From NCBI RefSeq assembly GCF_032058845.1, contig NZ_DAMCCR010000003.1, forward strand, positions 18,213 through 82,212: a stretch of DNA of 64,000 nt. The letters are read 5' to 3'. Numbering within the stretch: position 1 is the stretch's first letter; the number at the start of each line of letters is the position of its first letter. The translations under genes and the position numbers were made by a program. The notes beneath the pieces are model-generated. The model had not been told where the DNA came from. It saw only the letters and a program-made list of their open reading frames with translations, and did no database searches. This document shows positions 30,284 through 40,393 of the stretch, one piece after another. Source of the stretch: Pseudomonas sp. GTDB taxonomy: Bacteria > Pseudomonadota > Gammaproteobacteria > Pseudomonadales > Pseudomonadaceae.

Positions 30284-32527
30284 TCAGCGCAGGGTGATGC
30301 GCCAGGCGCGGTGGATGCGGGTGTTGCGGGCAAAATCCGGGTCCAGGCTCTGCGCGGTGATGTCCTCGACGGCGTAACGCTCGCCCAGGTGCTCGTCGAG
30401 CTCGAACTTGCGGAAGTTGTTGGAGAAATACAGCACGCCGCCTGGCGCCAGGCGGGCCATGGCCAGGTCGAGCAACTCCACGTGGTCACGCTGCACGTCG
30501 AACACCCCTTCCATGCGCTTGGAATTGGAGAAGGTCGGCGGATCGATGAAGATCAGGTCGTAGCTTTCGCTACAGGCCTGCAGCCACGCCATCACGTCGC
30601 CCTGCTCCAGGCGGTTGCGCTCGGAGAAACCGTTGAGCGCCAGGTTGCGCCGCGCCCAGTCGAGGTAGGTTTTCGACAGGTCGACGCTGGTGGTGCTGCG
30701 CGCGCCGCCCTTGGCCGCGTGTACCGAGGCTGTGGCGGTGTAGCAGAACAGGTTGAGGAAGCGCTTGCCGGCCGCCTCGCGTTGCATGCGCAGGCGCATC
30801 GGCCGGTGATCGAGGAACAGGCCGGTGTCGAGGTAGTCGGTGAGGTTGACCAGCAGCTTGACGCCGCCTTCGTGCACCTCCTGGAAACGCCCTTCGGTGG
30901 CCTGGCGCTCGTACTGGCGTGTGCCGCTCTGGCGCTCCCGGCGCTTGAGCACCACGCGCTGCGGATCGATACCCAGCGCCTGGGGAATGGCGGCCAGGGC
31001 GTCGAGCAGACGGCCCTGAGCTTTTTCCGGGTCGATCGAGCGCGGTGCGGCATATTCCTGCACGTGCACCCAATCTTCGTAAAGGTCGACGGCCAGCGCG
31101 TACTCGGGCATGTCGGCATCGTACAGGCGATAGCAACTGACACTCTCGCGGCGGGCCCACTTGCCGAGCTGCTTGAGGTTTTTCAGCAAACGGTTGGCGA
31201 ACATCTGCGCACCTTCGGACAACCGCGCCGGTTCGTTGACTACAACCGCCGGCTGGCGCGCATCGACCTGCTCATTGTCGGTCACACCCGCGCCCTGCTC
31301 GCCCGGGCTGCGCTCAGCCAGGCTGCGCTCAGGCGATCGACGCTCACCGGTGACGAACTGATCAGGTTGCACCTTGAACAGCAGCAACTTGCACGGCAGC
31401 GCACCGTTCCAGAAGGCGTACTGCTTGTGGCTGCGCAGGCCCATGCGCTTGCCCAGCTGCGGCGCGCCGGTGAACACCGCCGCGTCCCAGCCCAGGCAAG
31501 CCTGGCGCAGACGCTCACCCAGGTTCTGGTAGAGGTACAGCAAGCTGGCTTCATCGCCCAGACGTTCGCCGTACGGCGGGTTGCTGATCACCAGGCCTTT
31601 CTGGTTCTGGTCCGGACGCGGCTCGAAGGTGCCGACCTCACCCTGGTAGATCTTCACCCAGCCGCTCAGGCCGGCACGCTCGACGTTGTTGCGGCCCGGC
31701 TGGATCAAGCGCGGATCGGCTTCATAGCCGCGAATCCACAGCGGCGGCTTGGCCAGGCCGACCTCGGCGCGAGCCAGGGCCTGGTCGTGCAACTTGCGCC
31801 ACAGCGCCGGCACATGGCCGAGCCAGGCGCTGAACCCCCAGCGCTCACGCTTGAGGTTGGGCGCGATGTCGGCGGCGATCATGGCGGCTTCGACCAGGAA
31901 GGTGCCCACGCCGCACATCGGGTCAGCCAGGGCGCCGCCTTCGGCGGCAATGCGCGGCCAGCCGGAGCGGATCAGCACGGCGGCGGCGAGGTTTTCCTTC
32001 AGCGGCGCGGCGCCCTGCTGCAGGCGATAGCCGCGCTGGTGCAGGCTGTGGCCGGAGAGGTCGAGCGAGAGGATCGCCTCGCCACGGTCCAGACGCAGGT
32101 GCACGCGCAAGTCCGGATTGAGCTTGTCGATCGAGGGGCGCAGGCCTTCGCGGTTACGCAGCTTGTCGACGATTGCATCCTTGACCTTCAGTGCGCCGAA
32201 ATGGGTGTTGTCGATGCCCGAGCCATGACCGCTGAACTCCACCGCCAGGGTACCGTCGGCAGCCAGGTGGTCGTGCCACTCGACATCGTGTACGCCGTGA
32301 TACAGGTCCTCGGCATCACGCATCGAAAAGCGCGCGAGCACCAGCAGCACGCGGTTGGCCAGGCGTGACCAGAGGCACAGACGGTAGGCGGTTTCCATGT
32401 CGGCCGAGCCGCGGATGGCCGAGGTGTGCTCGCGCACTTCGGTCAGGCCCAGTTCACGGGCCTCCTCGGCCAGCAAGCCTTCGAGGCCCTTGGGGCAGGT
32501 GAGGTAAAGTTCGATGAGGTCCGACAT
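30284..32527 (-). CDS. rlmKL: 23S rRNA methyltransferase RlmKL
   Basis: THUMP plus DPMCGVGT, SNPPYGERL and a second MTase domain (TGLFLDHR, IDPPTFS). Confidence 0.96.
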   Translation of the reverse strand: MSDLIELYLTCPKGLEGLLAEEARELGLTEVREHTSAIRGSADMETAYRLCLWSRLANRVLLVLARFSMRDAEDLYHGVHDVEWHDHLAADGTLAVEFSGHGSGIDNTHFGALKVKDAIVDKLRNREGLRPSIDKLNPDLRVHLRLDRGEAILSLDLSGHSLHQRGYRLQQGAAPLKENLAAAVLIRSGWPRIAAEGGALADPMCGVGTFLVEAAMIAADIAPNLKRERWGFSAWLGHVPALWRKLHDQALARAEVGLAKPPLWIRGYEADPRLIQPGRNNVERAGLSGWVKIYQGEVGTFEPRPDQNQKGLVISNPPYGERLGDEASLLYLYQNLGERLRQACLGWDAAVFTGAPQLGKRMGLRSHKQYAFWNGALPCKLLLFKVQPDQFVTGERRSPERSLAERSPGEQGAGVTDNEQVDARQPAVVVNEPARLSEGAQMFANRLLKNLKQLGKWARRESVSCYRLYDADMPEYALAVDLYEDWVHVQEYAAPRSIDPEKAQGRLLDALAAIPQALGIDPQRVVLKRRERQSGTRQYERQATEGRFQEVHEGGVKLLVNLTDYLDTGLFLDHRPMRLRMQREAAGKRFLNLFCYTATASVHAAKGGARSTTSVDLSKTYLDWARRNLALNGFSERNRLEQGDVMAWLQACSESYDLIFIDPPTFSNSKRMEGVFDVQRDHVELLDLAMARLAPGGVLYFSNNFRKFELDEHLGERYAVEDITAQSLDPDFARNTRIHRAWRITLR

Positions 32528-32949
32528 GAGTATTCCAGCGCCTTTTTGGCTAAATGAGCGGCAGGTCGACCGAGGTCCCCACCGAGGTTTTACCCCACGC
32601 CCTTGGATGTGAGCGTGCGGTTGGCCTTGCCGGGAAGGCAATGACCGGGCCGCCTGATCGACGCTCCAGGTGAAATCACTGGGAGGATTCGATCGTCAGG
32701 CAGTATGGAAAATTTCTGGCAGCAATGGGTTGGCCGTGACCCTTCGTCGCATTGCGTCGCATGGCCATCATCGGCCAAGCAGCGCTGGCCCAATGATCTC
32801 AAACGTGGCTAAGCACCTGATCATAGCGGGGTTTGCCACAGATGATGTTGAGTCGCATTTATTTACTTATCCCCCTACATGAGGAAACGTTACCTTCTTA
32901 TGACAAAACGATCATTCACACCCTGACTTCGTTTGGTTAGAACTGACCT

Positions 32950-33080
32950 CAGGCCGCACCGCAACGGGGCGGCACTTTCAGCTCGCCACGCCGGCAGCGA
33001 GCGCAAACCGGCAGAACGATTCTGCCCGACCTCCGCGAGGTCGACGGGACATTACAGTCAACAAGTGAGGGCAACACCCT
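32950..33080 (+). ncRNA. Structured rmf leader (Pseudomonas rmf RNA motif-like); boundaries approximate
   Basis: Hairpins ggcagaa-cga-ttctgcc, cgacctc-cgc-gaggtcg and aggg-caaca-ccct over the RBS, directly 5' of rmf. Confidence 0.55.
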
Positions 33081-33296
33081 ATGAGAAGACTTAAGCGTGA
33101 TCCGTTGGAAAGAGCATTTTCACGTGGCTACCAGTATGGAGTAACCGGTAAATCCCGCGAACTCTGCCCGTTTACGCTGCCCTCCGTGCGCCAGGCATGG
33201 ATCAACGGTTGGCGCGAGGGCCGTGGTGACAACTGGGATGGCATGACCGGTACCGCCGGTATCCACAGGCTCAACGAACTTCACGCCGTTGGCTGA
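33081..33296 (+). CDS. rmf: Ribosome modulation factor
   Basis: MRRLKRDPLERAF.RGY..G..G.S...CPF.....RQAW..GWREG. Confidence 0.95.
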   Translation: MRRLKRDPLERAFSRGYQYGVTGKSRELCPFTLPSVRQAWINGWREGRGDNWDGMTGTAGIHRLNELHAVG

Positions 33297-33355
33297 ACGA
33301 GGACATTGAATTCGCATCACTTCGAACGCCCCGACCGGGCGTAGGGTTTACACCC

Positions 33356-33381
33356 AAGGGCCCTTTGCAAGGGCCCTTTTT
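33356..33381 (+). terminator. Intrinsic terminator between rmf and pyrD
   Basis: aagggccctt-tgc-aagggccctt followed by a T run. Confidence 0.75.
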
Positions 33382-33393
33382 CATGGCCGGCAC

Positions 33394-34419
33394 TCAGCAG
33401 CGCTTGAGCGCAGCGATGGCATCGACCGCCTCGCGGATCAGGCCCGGACCTTTATAGATGAAGCCTGAGTAGATCTGCACCAGGCTGGCCCCCGCCTCGA
33501 TTTTCTGCGCCGCATGGCGCCCCTCGGTGATACCTCCCGCTGCGATGATCGGCAGCTTGCCGCCCAACTCGCCTGCCAGCACCTTGACGGTGTGCGTGCT
33601 CTTGTCCAGCACCGGCGCCCCGGACAAGCCCCCCGCCTCGCCTGCGCAGGGCAGGCCCTCGACGCCTTCACGGCTGAGTGTGGTGTTGGTGGCGATGACC
33701 GCATCCATCCCCGACTCAAGCAACGCGGTCGCCACCAGTGCGGTCTCTTCGTCACTCATGTCGGGGGCGATCTTGATGGCCAGCGGCACGCGCTTGCCGT
33801 GCGCTGCAGCCAGCTGTTCACGGCGCACCGCCAGGGCATCGAGCAACTGCTTGAGCGAGTCACCGAACTGCAGGGTGCGCAAGCCCGGCGTATTGGGCGA
33901 GCTGACATTGACGGTGATGTAACTGGCGTGGGCGTAGACCTTTTCCAGGCAGATCAGGTAATCGTCCTGGGCACGCTCCACTGGGGTATCGAAGTTCTTG
34001 CCGATGTTGATCCCGAGCACGCCGGTGTACTTCGCTGCACGCACGCGTGCCAGGAGATGATCGACGCCCAGGTTGTTGAAACCCATGCGGTTGATGATCG
34101 CGTTGGCCTCGGGAAGACGAAACAGACGTGGCTTGGGGTTACCTGGCTGCGGGCGCGGCGTCACGGTACCGACTTCGACGAAACCGAAGCCCAACTGCGC
34201 AAACCCGTCGATTGCCGTGCCGTTCTTGTCCAGACCCGCTGCCAGGCCGACCGGATTGGCGAAATTCAAGCCCATGACGGTGACCGGGGCGCTCACTGGC
34301 TGCATGCAGAGCAGCCCATTGAGCCCAAGACGACCACCGGCACCAATCAGGTCCAGGGACAGGTCGTGGGACGTTTCCGGGGAGAGCTTGAACAGCAGCT
34401 GGCGGGCCAGGTTATACAT
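33394..34419 (-). CDS. pyrD: Dihydroorotate dehydrogenase (quinone)
   Basis: [29 protein letters not shown] motifs. Confidence 0.97.
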   Translation of the reverse strand: MYNLARQLLFKLSPETSHDLSLDLIGAGGRLGLNGLLCMQPVSAPVTVMGLNFANPVGLAAGLDKNGTAIDGFAQLGFGFVEVGTVTPRPQPGNPKPRLFRLPEANAIINRMGFNNLGVDHLLARVRAAKYTGVLGINIGKNFDTPVERAQDDYLICLEKVYAHASYITVNVSSPNTPGLRTLQFGDSLKQLLDALAVRREQLAAAHGKRVPLAIKIAPDMSDEETALVATALLESGMDAVIATNTTLSREGVEGLPCAGEAGGLSGAPVLDKSTHTVKVLAGELGGKLPIIAAGGITEGRHAAQKIEAGASLVQIYSGFIYKGPGLIREAVDAIAALKRC

Positions 34420-34659
34420 GGGCGGGAAAGACTCGAAATGCGTGGGGGTGGCAATTATAGCCAGCCCAGGGCGCGGGCGACAGGGCCAGGCGCATCACTC
34501 GTCAGGCAAGATGCCACTTGATCGGCGACTGGCGACAAGTAGCAAAATATATGCGCGGTAATAAAATATTGCTTATTAACAACTTGAGCACTAATAAAAA
34601 CCATCCTTCGTGGCCCTTTGTTGCAGGGCAATACTCGTCTCACTGTATCCCTGAAATAG

Positions 34660-34686
34660 AAAAACCCGGCCGAGGCCGGGTTTTTC
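34660..34686 (-). terminator. oprF terminator
   Basis: aaaaacccggcc-ga-ggccgggttttt. Confidence 0.8.
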
Positions 34687-34703
34687 ATGAAGCGTCAGAC
34701 CAA

Positions 34704-35744
34704 TTACTTGGCTTGGGCTTCTACTTGTGCTTCTACGCGACGGTTAACAGCGCGACCTTCTTCGGTGGCGTTGTCAGCAACCGGACGGGACTCACCGTAG
34801 CCAACCGAATCAACACGGCTGGATTCTACGCCGTACTGCTGGGTCAGGACTTGCTTGACAGCGTTGGCACGACGCTCGGACAGCTTCTGGTTGTAAGCGT
34901 CTGGACCCACGGAGTCAGTGTGACCTTCCACGGTGGTGGAAGTTTGTGGGTACTGCTTCATGAAGTCAGCCAGGTTCTTGATGTCGCCGTAGCTGTTAGG
35001 CTTGACGACCGACTTGTCGAAGTCGAACTTGACGTCCAGCTCAACACGTACCACTTCGGCAACAGCCGGGCAGCCGTCAGCGTCAACGGTGACGTTGGCT
35101 GGGGTGTCTGGGCACTTGTCGACGTTGTCGCAGACGCCGTCGTTGTCGCTGTCGGTGCAGACGTCAGCAACTGGAGCCGGGGTCACTGGAGCTTCTTTGG
35201 TTTTTGGGCTGCCACCGAAGTTCAGACCAACGCCAACGCTTGGTGCCCACTCGGTGTCACCTTGGTCGATGTTGTACTGAGCTTCAACGCCGGCACGGGC
35301 GTAGAACATGTCAGTGATGTACCACTTGGCACCAGCGCCCAGGTTGGCGAAGGTGGAGTGGTCACGGCCGCCGCGGAAGCTCTGGCCCAGCGACTGATGA
35401 GAGAAACCAGCCGACACGTACGGACGGATAGCGTCGTACGGGTTGTTGAAGTGGTAAACGGCGTCCAGGGCGGTGTTCGAGCCCTTGATGTTCTTGCCGT
35501 CGTCGCCACGGGCGTTGTGGACTTCGTCGTAGCCCAGACGCAGTTCAACGTCGTCGGTCAGGAAGTAACCGATCGAGCCACCGAACAGGTTGCCGTCGTT
35601 TTTGAAATCGCGCTGGCTGTCGAAAAATTCTTTCTTGTAGAAGATTTCGGTTTCAACAGCGCCTTGGCCTTGAGCCATTGCGCCGATCGAGGTAGCAGCG
35701 ATGAGCGAGCCAATGGCCAAGCCCAAGGTGTTTTTCAGTTTCAT
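34704..35744 (-). CDS. oprF: Major outer membrane porin OprF
   Basis: MKLKNTLG signal, DSDNDGVCDNVDKCP loop, OmpA-like C-terminal domain. Confidence 0.98.
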   Translation of the reverse strand: MKLKNTLGLAIGSLIAATSIGAMAQGQGAVETEIFYKKEFFDSQRDFKNDGNLFGGSIGYFLTDDVELRLGYDEVHNARGDDGKNIKGSNTALDAVYHFNNPYDAIRPYVSAGFSHQSLGQSFRGGRDHSTFANLGAGAKWYITDMFYARAGVEAQYNIDQGDTEWAPSVGVGLNFGGSPKTKEAPVTPAPVADVCTDSDNDGVCDNVDKCPDTPANVTVDADGCPAVAEVVRVELDVKFDFDKSVVKPNSYGDIKNLADFMKQYPQTSTTVEGHTDSVGPDAYNQKLSERRANAVKQVLTQQYGVESSRVDSVGYGESRPVADNATEEGRAVNRRVEAQVEAQAK

Positions 35745-35859
35745 CCGTTAGATCCCCATCTGATGGTAGTTAAGCAGTCCCTCCACCATCCGGGTGGGGG
35801 CACAACTCGACGGCAAGTCTAGCAGAACTCGCCGGCTGGTTAGAGGTATTTGCGGGCGA

Positions 35860-36450
35860 CTAAGTTTCAGCCATACCTGCAAATTTTTCCCTTAATTTAT
35901 CGAGTGCGCGCTTGTATCGCATTTTGGTCGCGCTCAGCCCCATGTGCATGATGTCCGCGATCTCCTGAAATTCCAGCTCTGCGACAAATCGCAGCACCAG
36001 GATTTCCCGGTCGATCGGGTTGACATGCACCAGCCACATATCCAGTCCGCCTTTTTCTTCGGGCTTGGGAGCCTTGTCCTCGGACGCCTCTTCAATCGGG
36101 TCGAGACTCAGGGCATCCATCAGCCGTCGCTTGCGTCGCTCCTTGCGATACTGGGTAATACACTCGTTGTAGGTAATGCTGTAGAGCCAGGTCTTGAATT
36201 TCGATTTCCCCTCGAAATTCTTCAACCCGTACAACACCTTCAACATCACTTCCTGACAGACATCATCCGCATCGCGGTCGTTCCCCAAATAACGTGCACA
36301 GACGTTGAACAGGGTCCGCTGATAGCGCCGCATGAGTTCCTCATAGGCGCGAGTAACGTGAAAAAGCTCCTCATGCGAGCGCTCCACCAACTCCTCGTCC
36401 GTGAGCTCGCGGGGGTCGTAACGCATGGGCAGCGAGTTGACTTTATTCAA
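35860..36450 (-). CDS. sigX: ECF sigma factor SigX
   Basis: ECF regions 2 and 4; immediately upstream of oprF; TTG start assumed. Confidence 0.93.
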   Translation of the reverse strand: MNKVNSLPMRYDPRELTDEELVERSHEELFHVTRAYEELMRRYQRTLFNVCARYLGNDRDADDVCQEVMLKVLYGLKNFEGKSKFKTWLYSITYNECITQYRKERRKRRLMDALSLDPIEEASEDKAPKPEEKGGLDMWLVHVNPIDREILVLRFVAELEFQEIADIMHMGLSATKMRYKRALDKLREKFAGMAET

Positions 36451-36541
36451 AACGAATCTGGCCGACAGTCGGGTCAATGTCGCCGCGGGGCCTTCTGGGC
36501 CCGATTTCAGCGGCGGCATACATTAACAGCTTTTCGCCCGT

Positions 36542-37366
36542 TTAGCGGCGGGTGACGCGCTGCTCGAGCAATTGCCGATTGGAGATCGAAACCAGCTCGC
36601 CCTCCTCCGTCAGCACGGTAGTCTTGACCGTGCCAATTTCCTCGATGTGACCCTCTAGCTCGCCAATCTGCACCTGCTGGCCGACTTGAAACAGCTCGCG
36701 CACATAGATGCCGGAGAGAATCTGGCTGGCGATATCCCGGCTGCCCAGGCCCATCGCCAAGGCAATGGCCAGACCAACGGTAATCAGCCCGATGACGATG
36801 ACATGGTTGAGCAGGTCGGTCTTGACCTCAAGCTGGCTGATCGCCACCGAGATGGCGATGATGATCACCAGGCCCTGGGCGATACGCCCAACGCCAGCCG
36901 CGTATTCCAGCCCGACGCCTTCGGCGGCGCCGCGCACCAGGCCATTGGCCAACTGCGCCAGCAAGACCCCCGCGAGCATCACCAGACCGGCACCGAACAC
37001 CTTGGGCAAGTACAAGGCGAGCATGTCGAGGGTGGCCGAGACGCGCTCAAGGCCCAGCGATTCGGCTGCGGACACCAGGAAAATCAGCAGCACGAACCAG
37101 TAGACGATCTTGCCGATCAAGGTCGAGATGGGCACCTGGATGCCGGCCCGGCTGAGCAGCTTGGTCAGACCGGTGCCGCTCATCAGCCGGTCGAGACCGA
37201 ACTTGGCCAGCAATTTCGACAACAAGGTATCGAGCAGCTTGGCGACCACGAACCCCAGCAGCACCACGACCAGTGCGCCGAACAGGTTAGGGATGAAGTT
37301 CGCCACTTTAGTCCAGAGGGCGGTCATTGCGGTGACCAGGCTCTGGGTCCAGAGATCGAGTTCCAT
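36542..37366 (-). CDS. cmpX: CmpX, MscS-like membrane protein
   Basis: TM repeats, MscS-like C-terminus; cmaX-crfX-cmpX-sigX-oprF synteny. Confidence 0.9.
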   Translation of the reverse strand: MELDLWTQSLVTAMTALWTKVANFIPNLFGALVVVLLGFVVAKLLDTLLSKLLAKFGLDRLMSGTGLTKLLSRAGIQVPISTLIGKIVYWFVLLIFLVSAAESLGLERVSATLDMLALYLPKVFGAGLVMLAGVLLAQLANGLVRGAAEGVGLEYAAGVGRIAQGLVIIIAISVAISQLEVKTDLLNHVIVIGLITVGLAIALAMGLGSRDIASQILSGIYVRELFQVGQQVQIGELEGHIEEIGTVKTTVLTEEGELVSISNRQLLEQRVTRR

Positions 37367-37368
37367 AA

Positions 37369-37620
37369 TCAATCAGCCTTATCAGCTTTGCTGCCAGCGG
37401 CAGGTGTGCGACGCACCGGCGCAACATGCGCCGAGCCATTGTTGAGGGCCACCATGATTGCCTGGCCGCAACGGCCCAGCAGGGTGAACAGATCGCCTGC
37501 CCCGACCTGGCGGCTGGCGGTTTTCAGCACGCGACCCAGGCAGGCGGCGTCGTCACGGTCGTGGCCGGACGGCGAGGCCTTGAGCAGGTCGCGCAGGGAT
37601 TCTTCAAACGGATCGTGCAT
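37369..37620 (-). CDS. crfX: CrfX small protein
   Basis: MHDPFEESLR..., position between cmaX and cmpX. Confidence 0.8.
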   Translation of the reverse strand: MHDPFEESLRDLLKASPSGHDRDDAACLGRVLKTASRQVGAGDLFTLLGRCGQAIMVALNNGSAHVAPVRRTPAAGSKADKAD

Positions 37621-37694
37621 GGGCACCTCGCGTAATGTGAATCAAAGACGAGAGCGCATGGCAGTGGGTCACATGAAGCTTTTCCATCGATCCG

Positions 37695-38699
37695 TCACAC
37701 CCAGCGCAAACGACGGAACAGCCACCACTGCCCCACGGCCAGACCGAGCACTACAAGGCTGGCGAAGATGAAGCCGTTCGGGCTTTCCGACCACGGGATA
37801 CCGCCAACGTTGATGCCCAGCAGGCCGGTGACGAAGCTCATGGGCAGGAAGATGCAGGTGATGATGCCCAGTCGGTACATGGTGCGGTTCATGCGCTCGT
37901 CGCGCTTGCGGTCTTCGCTTTCCAGCACCAGCGCGGCACGCTCGCGGGCCAGCTCCAGCTCCTCGAGATAACGGATCAGGCTGTTGTTGAGCTCGTTCCA
38001 GTAGTCGGCGTCGGAGTTGCTGAACCAGCTCCACTTGTGCCGCGACAGCTGCGCGTAGATGTCCCTTTGTGGCGCCAGGAAGCGCCGCAGCGCCGCGGCG
38101 CGACGGCGGATCTGCTGCAAGCTGCCCTGGGCCGGGGAGTAACGCTCGTCGGCCTCGACCTTTTCCTCTTCGAGGTCGACCTCTTCGGCAAGATCACTGA
38201 CCAGCGCCTGAACCTTCTCCGTCAGCAGCTCACCCATGACGACCAGTAACTCGGAGGCCGTTTTCGGCCCGCGCCCTTCGGCCAGTTGCTGGAGAATTTC
38301 GTCACTCGCGCGCAGCGGCCGCAGGCGCAGCGAGATGATCCGCTGGGCCTGGGCGAAGATGCGCACCGAAACCATGTCTTCGGGCTCGGCGCCTGGATTG
38401 AGATTCACCCCACGCAGGAACAGCAGCAGCTGTTCGTCAGCCAGTGGCAGCAGGCGCGGCCGGGTGTTTTCCTCGAGCAGCAGCTCGCAGGCGAACTCGC
38501 TCAGGCCGCTGTCACGCAGCAACCAGCTGCGCGTCTGCGGATGGCTGCGGTCCCAGTGCAACCAGACACTCTGCTCGGGTTGCAGCTGCAGGCTGTCGAG
38601 CTCGGTGCGGGCCACGGGCTGCGCACCGCCCTTGCCATCCAGCAGCAAGGCATGCACCAGCCCCCATTGCGCGTTGTCGTCCTCCAACATCGACTCCAT
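37695..38699 (-). CDS. cmaX: CorA/ZntB family transporter CmaX
   Basis: FLP..F.TGLLGINVGG signature. Confidence 0.9.
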   Translation of the reverse strand: MESMLEDDNAQWGLVHALLLDGKGGAQPVARTELDSLQLQPEQSVWLHWDRSHPQTRSWLLRDSGLSEFACELLLEENTRPRLLPLADEQLLLFLRGVNLNPGAEPEDMVSVRIFAQAQRIISLRLRPLRASDEILQQLAEGRGPKTASELLVVMGELLTEKVQALVSDLAEEVDLEEEKVEADERYSPAQGSLQQIRRRAAALRRFLAPQRDIYAQLSRHKWSWFSNSDADYWNELNNSLIRYLEELELARERAALVLESEDRKRDERMNRTMYRLGIITCIFLPMSFVTGLLGINVGGIPWSESPNGFIFASLVVLGLAVGQWWLFRRLRWV

Positions 38700-39190
38700 C
38701 AGGCCGGCTGAATGAGCGGCGAGGCCGACACGATCACACCGTTGTTGTCGGCGTACAGGTATTCACCGGGGTGGAAGGTGACACCGGCGAAGGCCACCAC
38801 CACGTTCAGCTCGCCCACGCCACGCTTGTCGGTTTTCAGCGGATGGCTGGCCAGCGCCTGGATGCCGACACCGGTCTGCGCCAGCGCATCGACGTCGCGC
38901 ACGCAACCATAGATCAGCAGGCCTTCCCAACCATTCTTGGCGGCCTTGTCGGCGAGCATGTCACCCAGCAGCGCCCGGCGCAGCGAGCCACCGCCGTCGA
39001 CCACCAGCACCTTGCCGGTGCCATCGAGGTCGACCTGCTCACGCACCAGCGAGTTGTCCTCGAAGCACTTGAGGGTGACGATCTGGCCACCGAACGAGTC
39101 GCGACCGCCGAAGTTGCTGAACATGGGCTCGAGCACACGCACCAGCTCCGGATAGGCATCACACAGGTCGGGGGTAAGGTAATGCTGCAT
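38699..39190 (-). CDS. rraA: RraA/MenG family protein
   Basis: [30 protein letters not shown] motifs. Confidence 0.93.
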   Translation of the reverse strand: MQHYLTPDLCDAYPELVRVLEPMFSNFGGRDSFGGQIVTLKCFEDNSLVREQVDLDGTGKVLVVDGGGSLRRALLGDMLADKAAKNGWEGLLIYGCVRDVDALAQTGVGIQALASHPLKTDKRGVGELNVVVAFAGVTFHPGEYLYADNNGVIVSASPLIQPA

Positions 39191-39246
39191 GGCAAACTCC
39201 TGTCATTGGCAACGAACGGTAGGGTCTTGCAGGGTCGCGGCCAAGG

Positions 39247-40254
39247 CTACACCGCCGAGGCCGGTCCGGTCACCCGTGGCGATGCAATGATCTCGGCCTG
39301 TGGCACTGCCTGCAACGGATCGCGCAGCCAGCCTTCGACCAATGGCCAGACCTGTGCCTGCGCGGCCTTGCTCACCAGCATGTCGACATGTCCGAACGCT
39401 TCAAAGCCCTTGTCTCTGCCCAGACAGAGAAACTGCCTACGCTCACCACCGAGTTGCTCCAGCAGGCGTCGGCAGCTCCAAGCGGGGTCCTGAACATCGG
39501 CGGCGCCTGCCACTGCCAGCACCGGCACCTCGACCTCGGCCAACCCAGCCCACCAGTCATTGCCCTTTTCGCCAAAGCGTCCAAACAGGCCATGCCAGCG
39601 CAACGCCTCCAGCACCAGGCCGATCGGCTCATCCTCGGGGCCGCGCTTGAGCCGCGAGCCTGAGAGGTGAGCAAAACGCCGCAGCGCCAGGCGAATGCCC
39701 CATACCAAGGGCGGGATCTTCAACGGCCAGTAACGCCGGCTGACCTGGGTGCCGAAGAAGGCTGCACTGGCCACCTGGGCAGCCGGGAGGTAACCCCCGC
39801 CCAGCGCCGCGGCCAGGGTGATACCGCCCAGCGAATGGCCGATCCAGTGCGGCGCGCGGCCGGCCTGCTCGGCCACGAAAGCGCCGATCAGCGGCAGGTC
39901 TTCGCGGGCGTAGTCGGCCACGCGGTTGCCGCGCCACTGCCGGTTGCGGGGCGACAGGCCATGCCCGCGCATTTCCGGAATCCAGACATCGAAACCCGCG
40001 CGCGCCAGAAACGCCCCAAGGCCAATACCCTTTGGGGAAAACCAGAAGCGCCGGTTGGAAAAGCTGCCGTGCAGGAGAATTACCGGCACCCCGGCGGGCC
40101 CGGCCGCCTCGGCACGGCCCAGTCGGGTCACCGCCAGTTCGACACTAGGGTCGGCCGCGTTGCCGGCCTTGATGCGGTAAACGTCTTCGCTGAGGTCGCC
40201 GCGTCGTTCGGCACTGAGCAACGCGACGGGAAAGAGAGCACTGCTGCTTTGCAT
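39247..40254 (-). CDS. Alpha/beta hydrolase (EstX-like esterase)
   Basis: LLHGSFS, GHSLGG nucleophile elbow, FGHVD. Confidence 0.88.
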   Translation of the reverse strand: MQSSSALFPVALLSAERRGDLSEDVYRIKAGNAADPSVELAVTRLGRAEAAGPAGVPVILLHGSFSNRRFWFSPKGIGLGAFLARAGFDVWIPEMRGHGLSPRNRQWRGNRVADYAREDLPLIGAFVAEQAGRAPHWIGHSLGGITLAAALGGGYLPAAQVASAAFFGTQVSRRYWPLKIPPLVWGIRLALRRFAHLSGSRLKRGPEDEPIGLVLEALRWHGLFGRFGEKGNDWWAGLAEVEVPVLAVAGAADVQDPAWSCRRLLEQLGGERRQFLCLGRDKGFEAFGHVDMLVSKAAQAQVWPLVEGWLRDPLQAVPQAEIIASPRVTGPASAV

Positions 40255-40393
40255 GGAGGTCAGGCGCACGAAAAAACGCCGAGTATAAATGCATGAACGG
40301 GCAAGGCCCACTGCCAATCTGCATTGACAAGGGCCTTGCCCGTTCACGCAAGGTCAGGGCCGAGGGGCGGCTCGCACCGCCCCGAATGGCGGA

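Noticed and set aside
29930..32368. 812-aa + strand ORF, and similar long ORFs at 40406-42220, 44110-45507 and 59301-61511
   Set aside because: Antisense shadows of rlmKL, ppsA, aer and ccmF produced by high-GC codon bias; no recognisable motifs.
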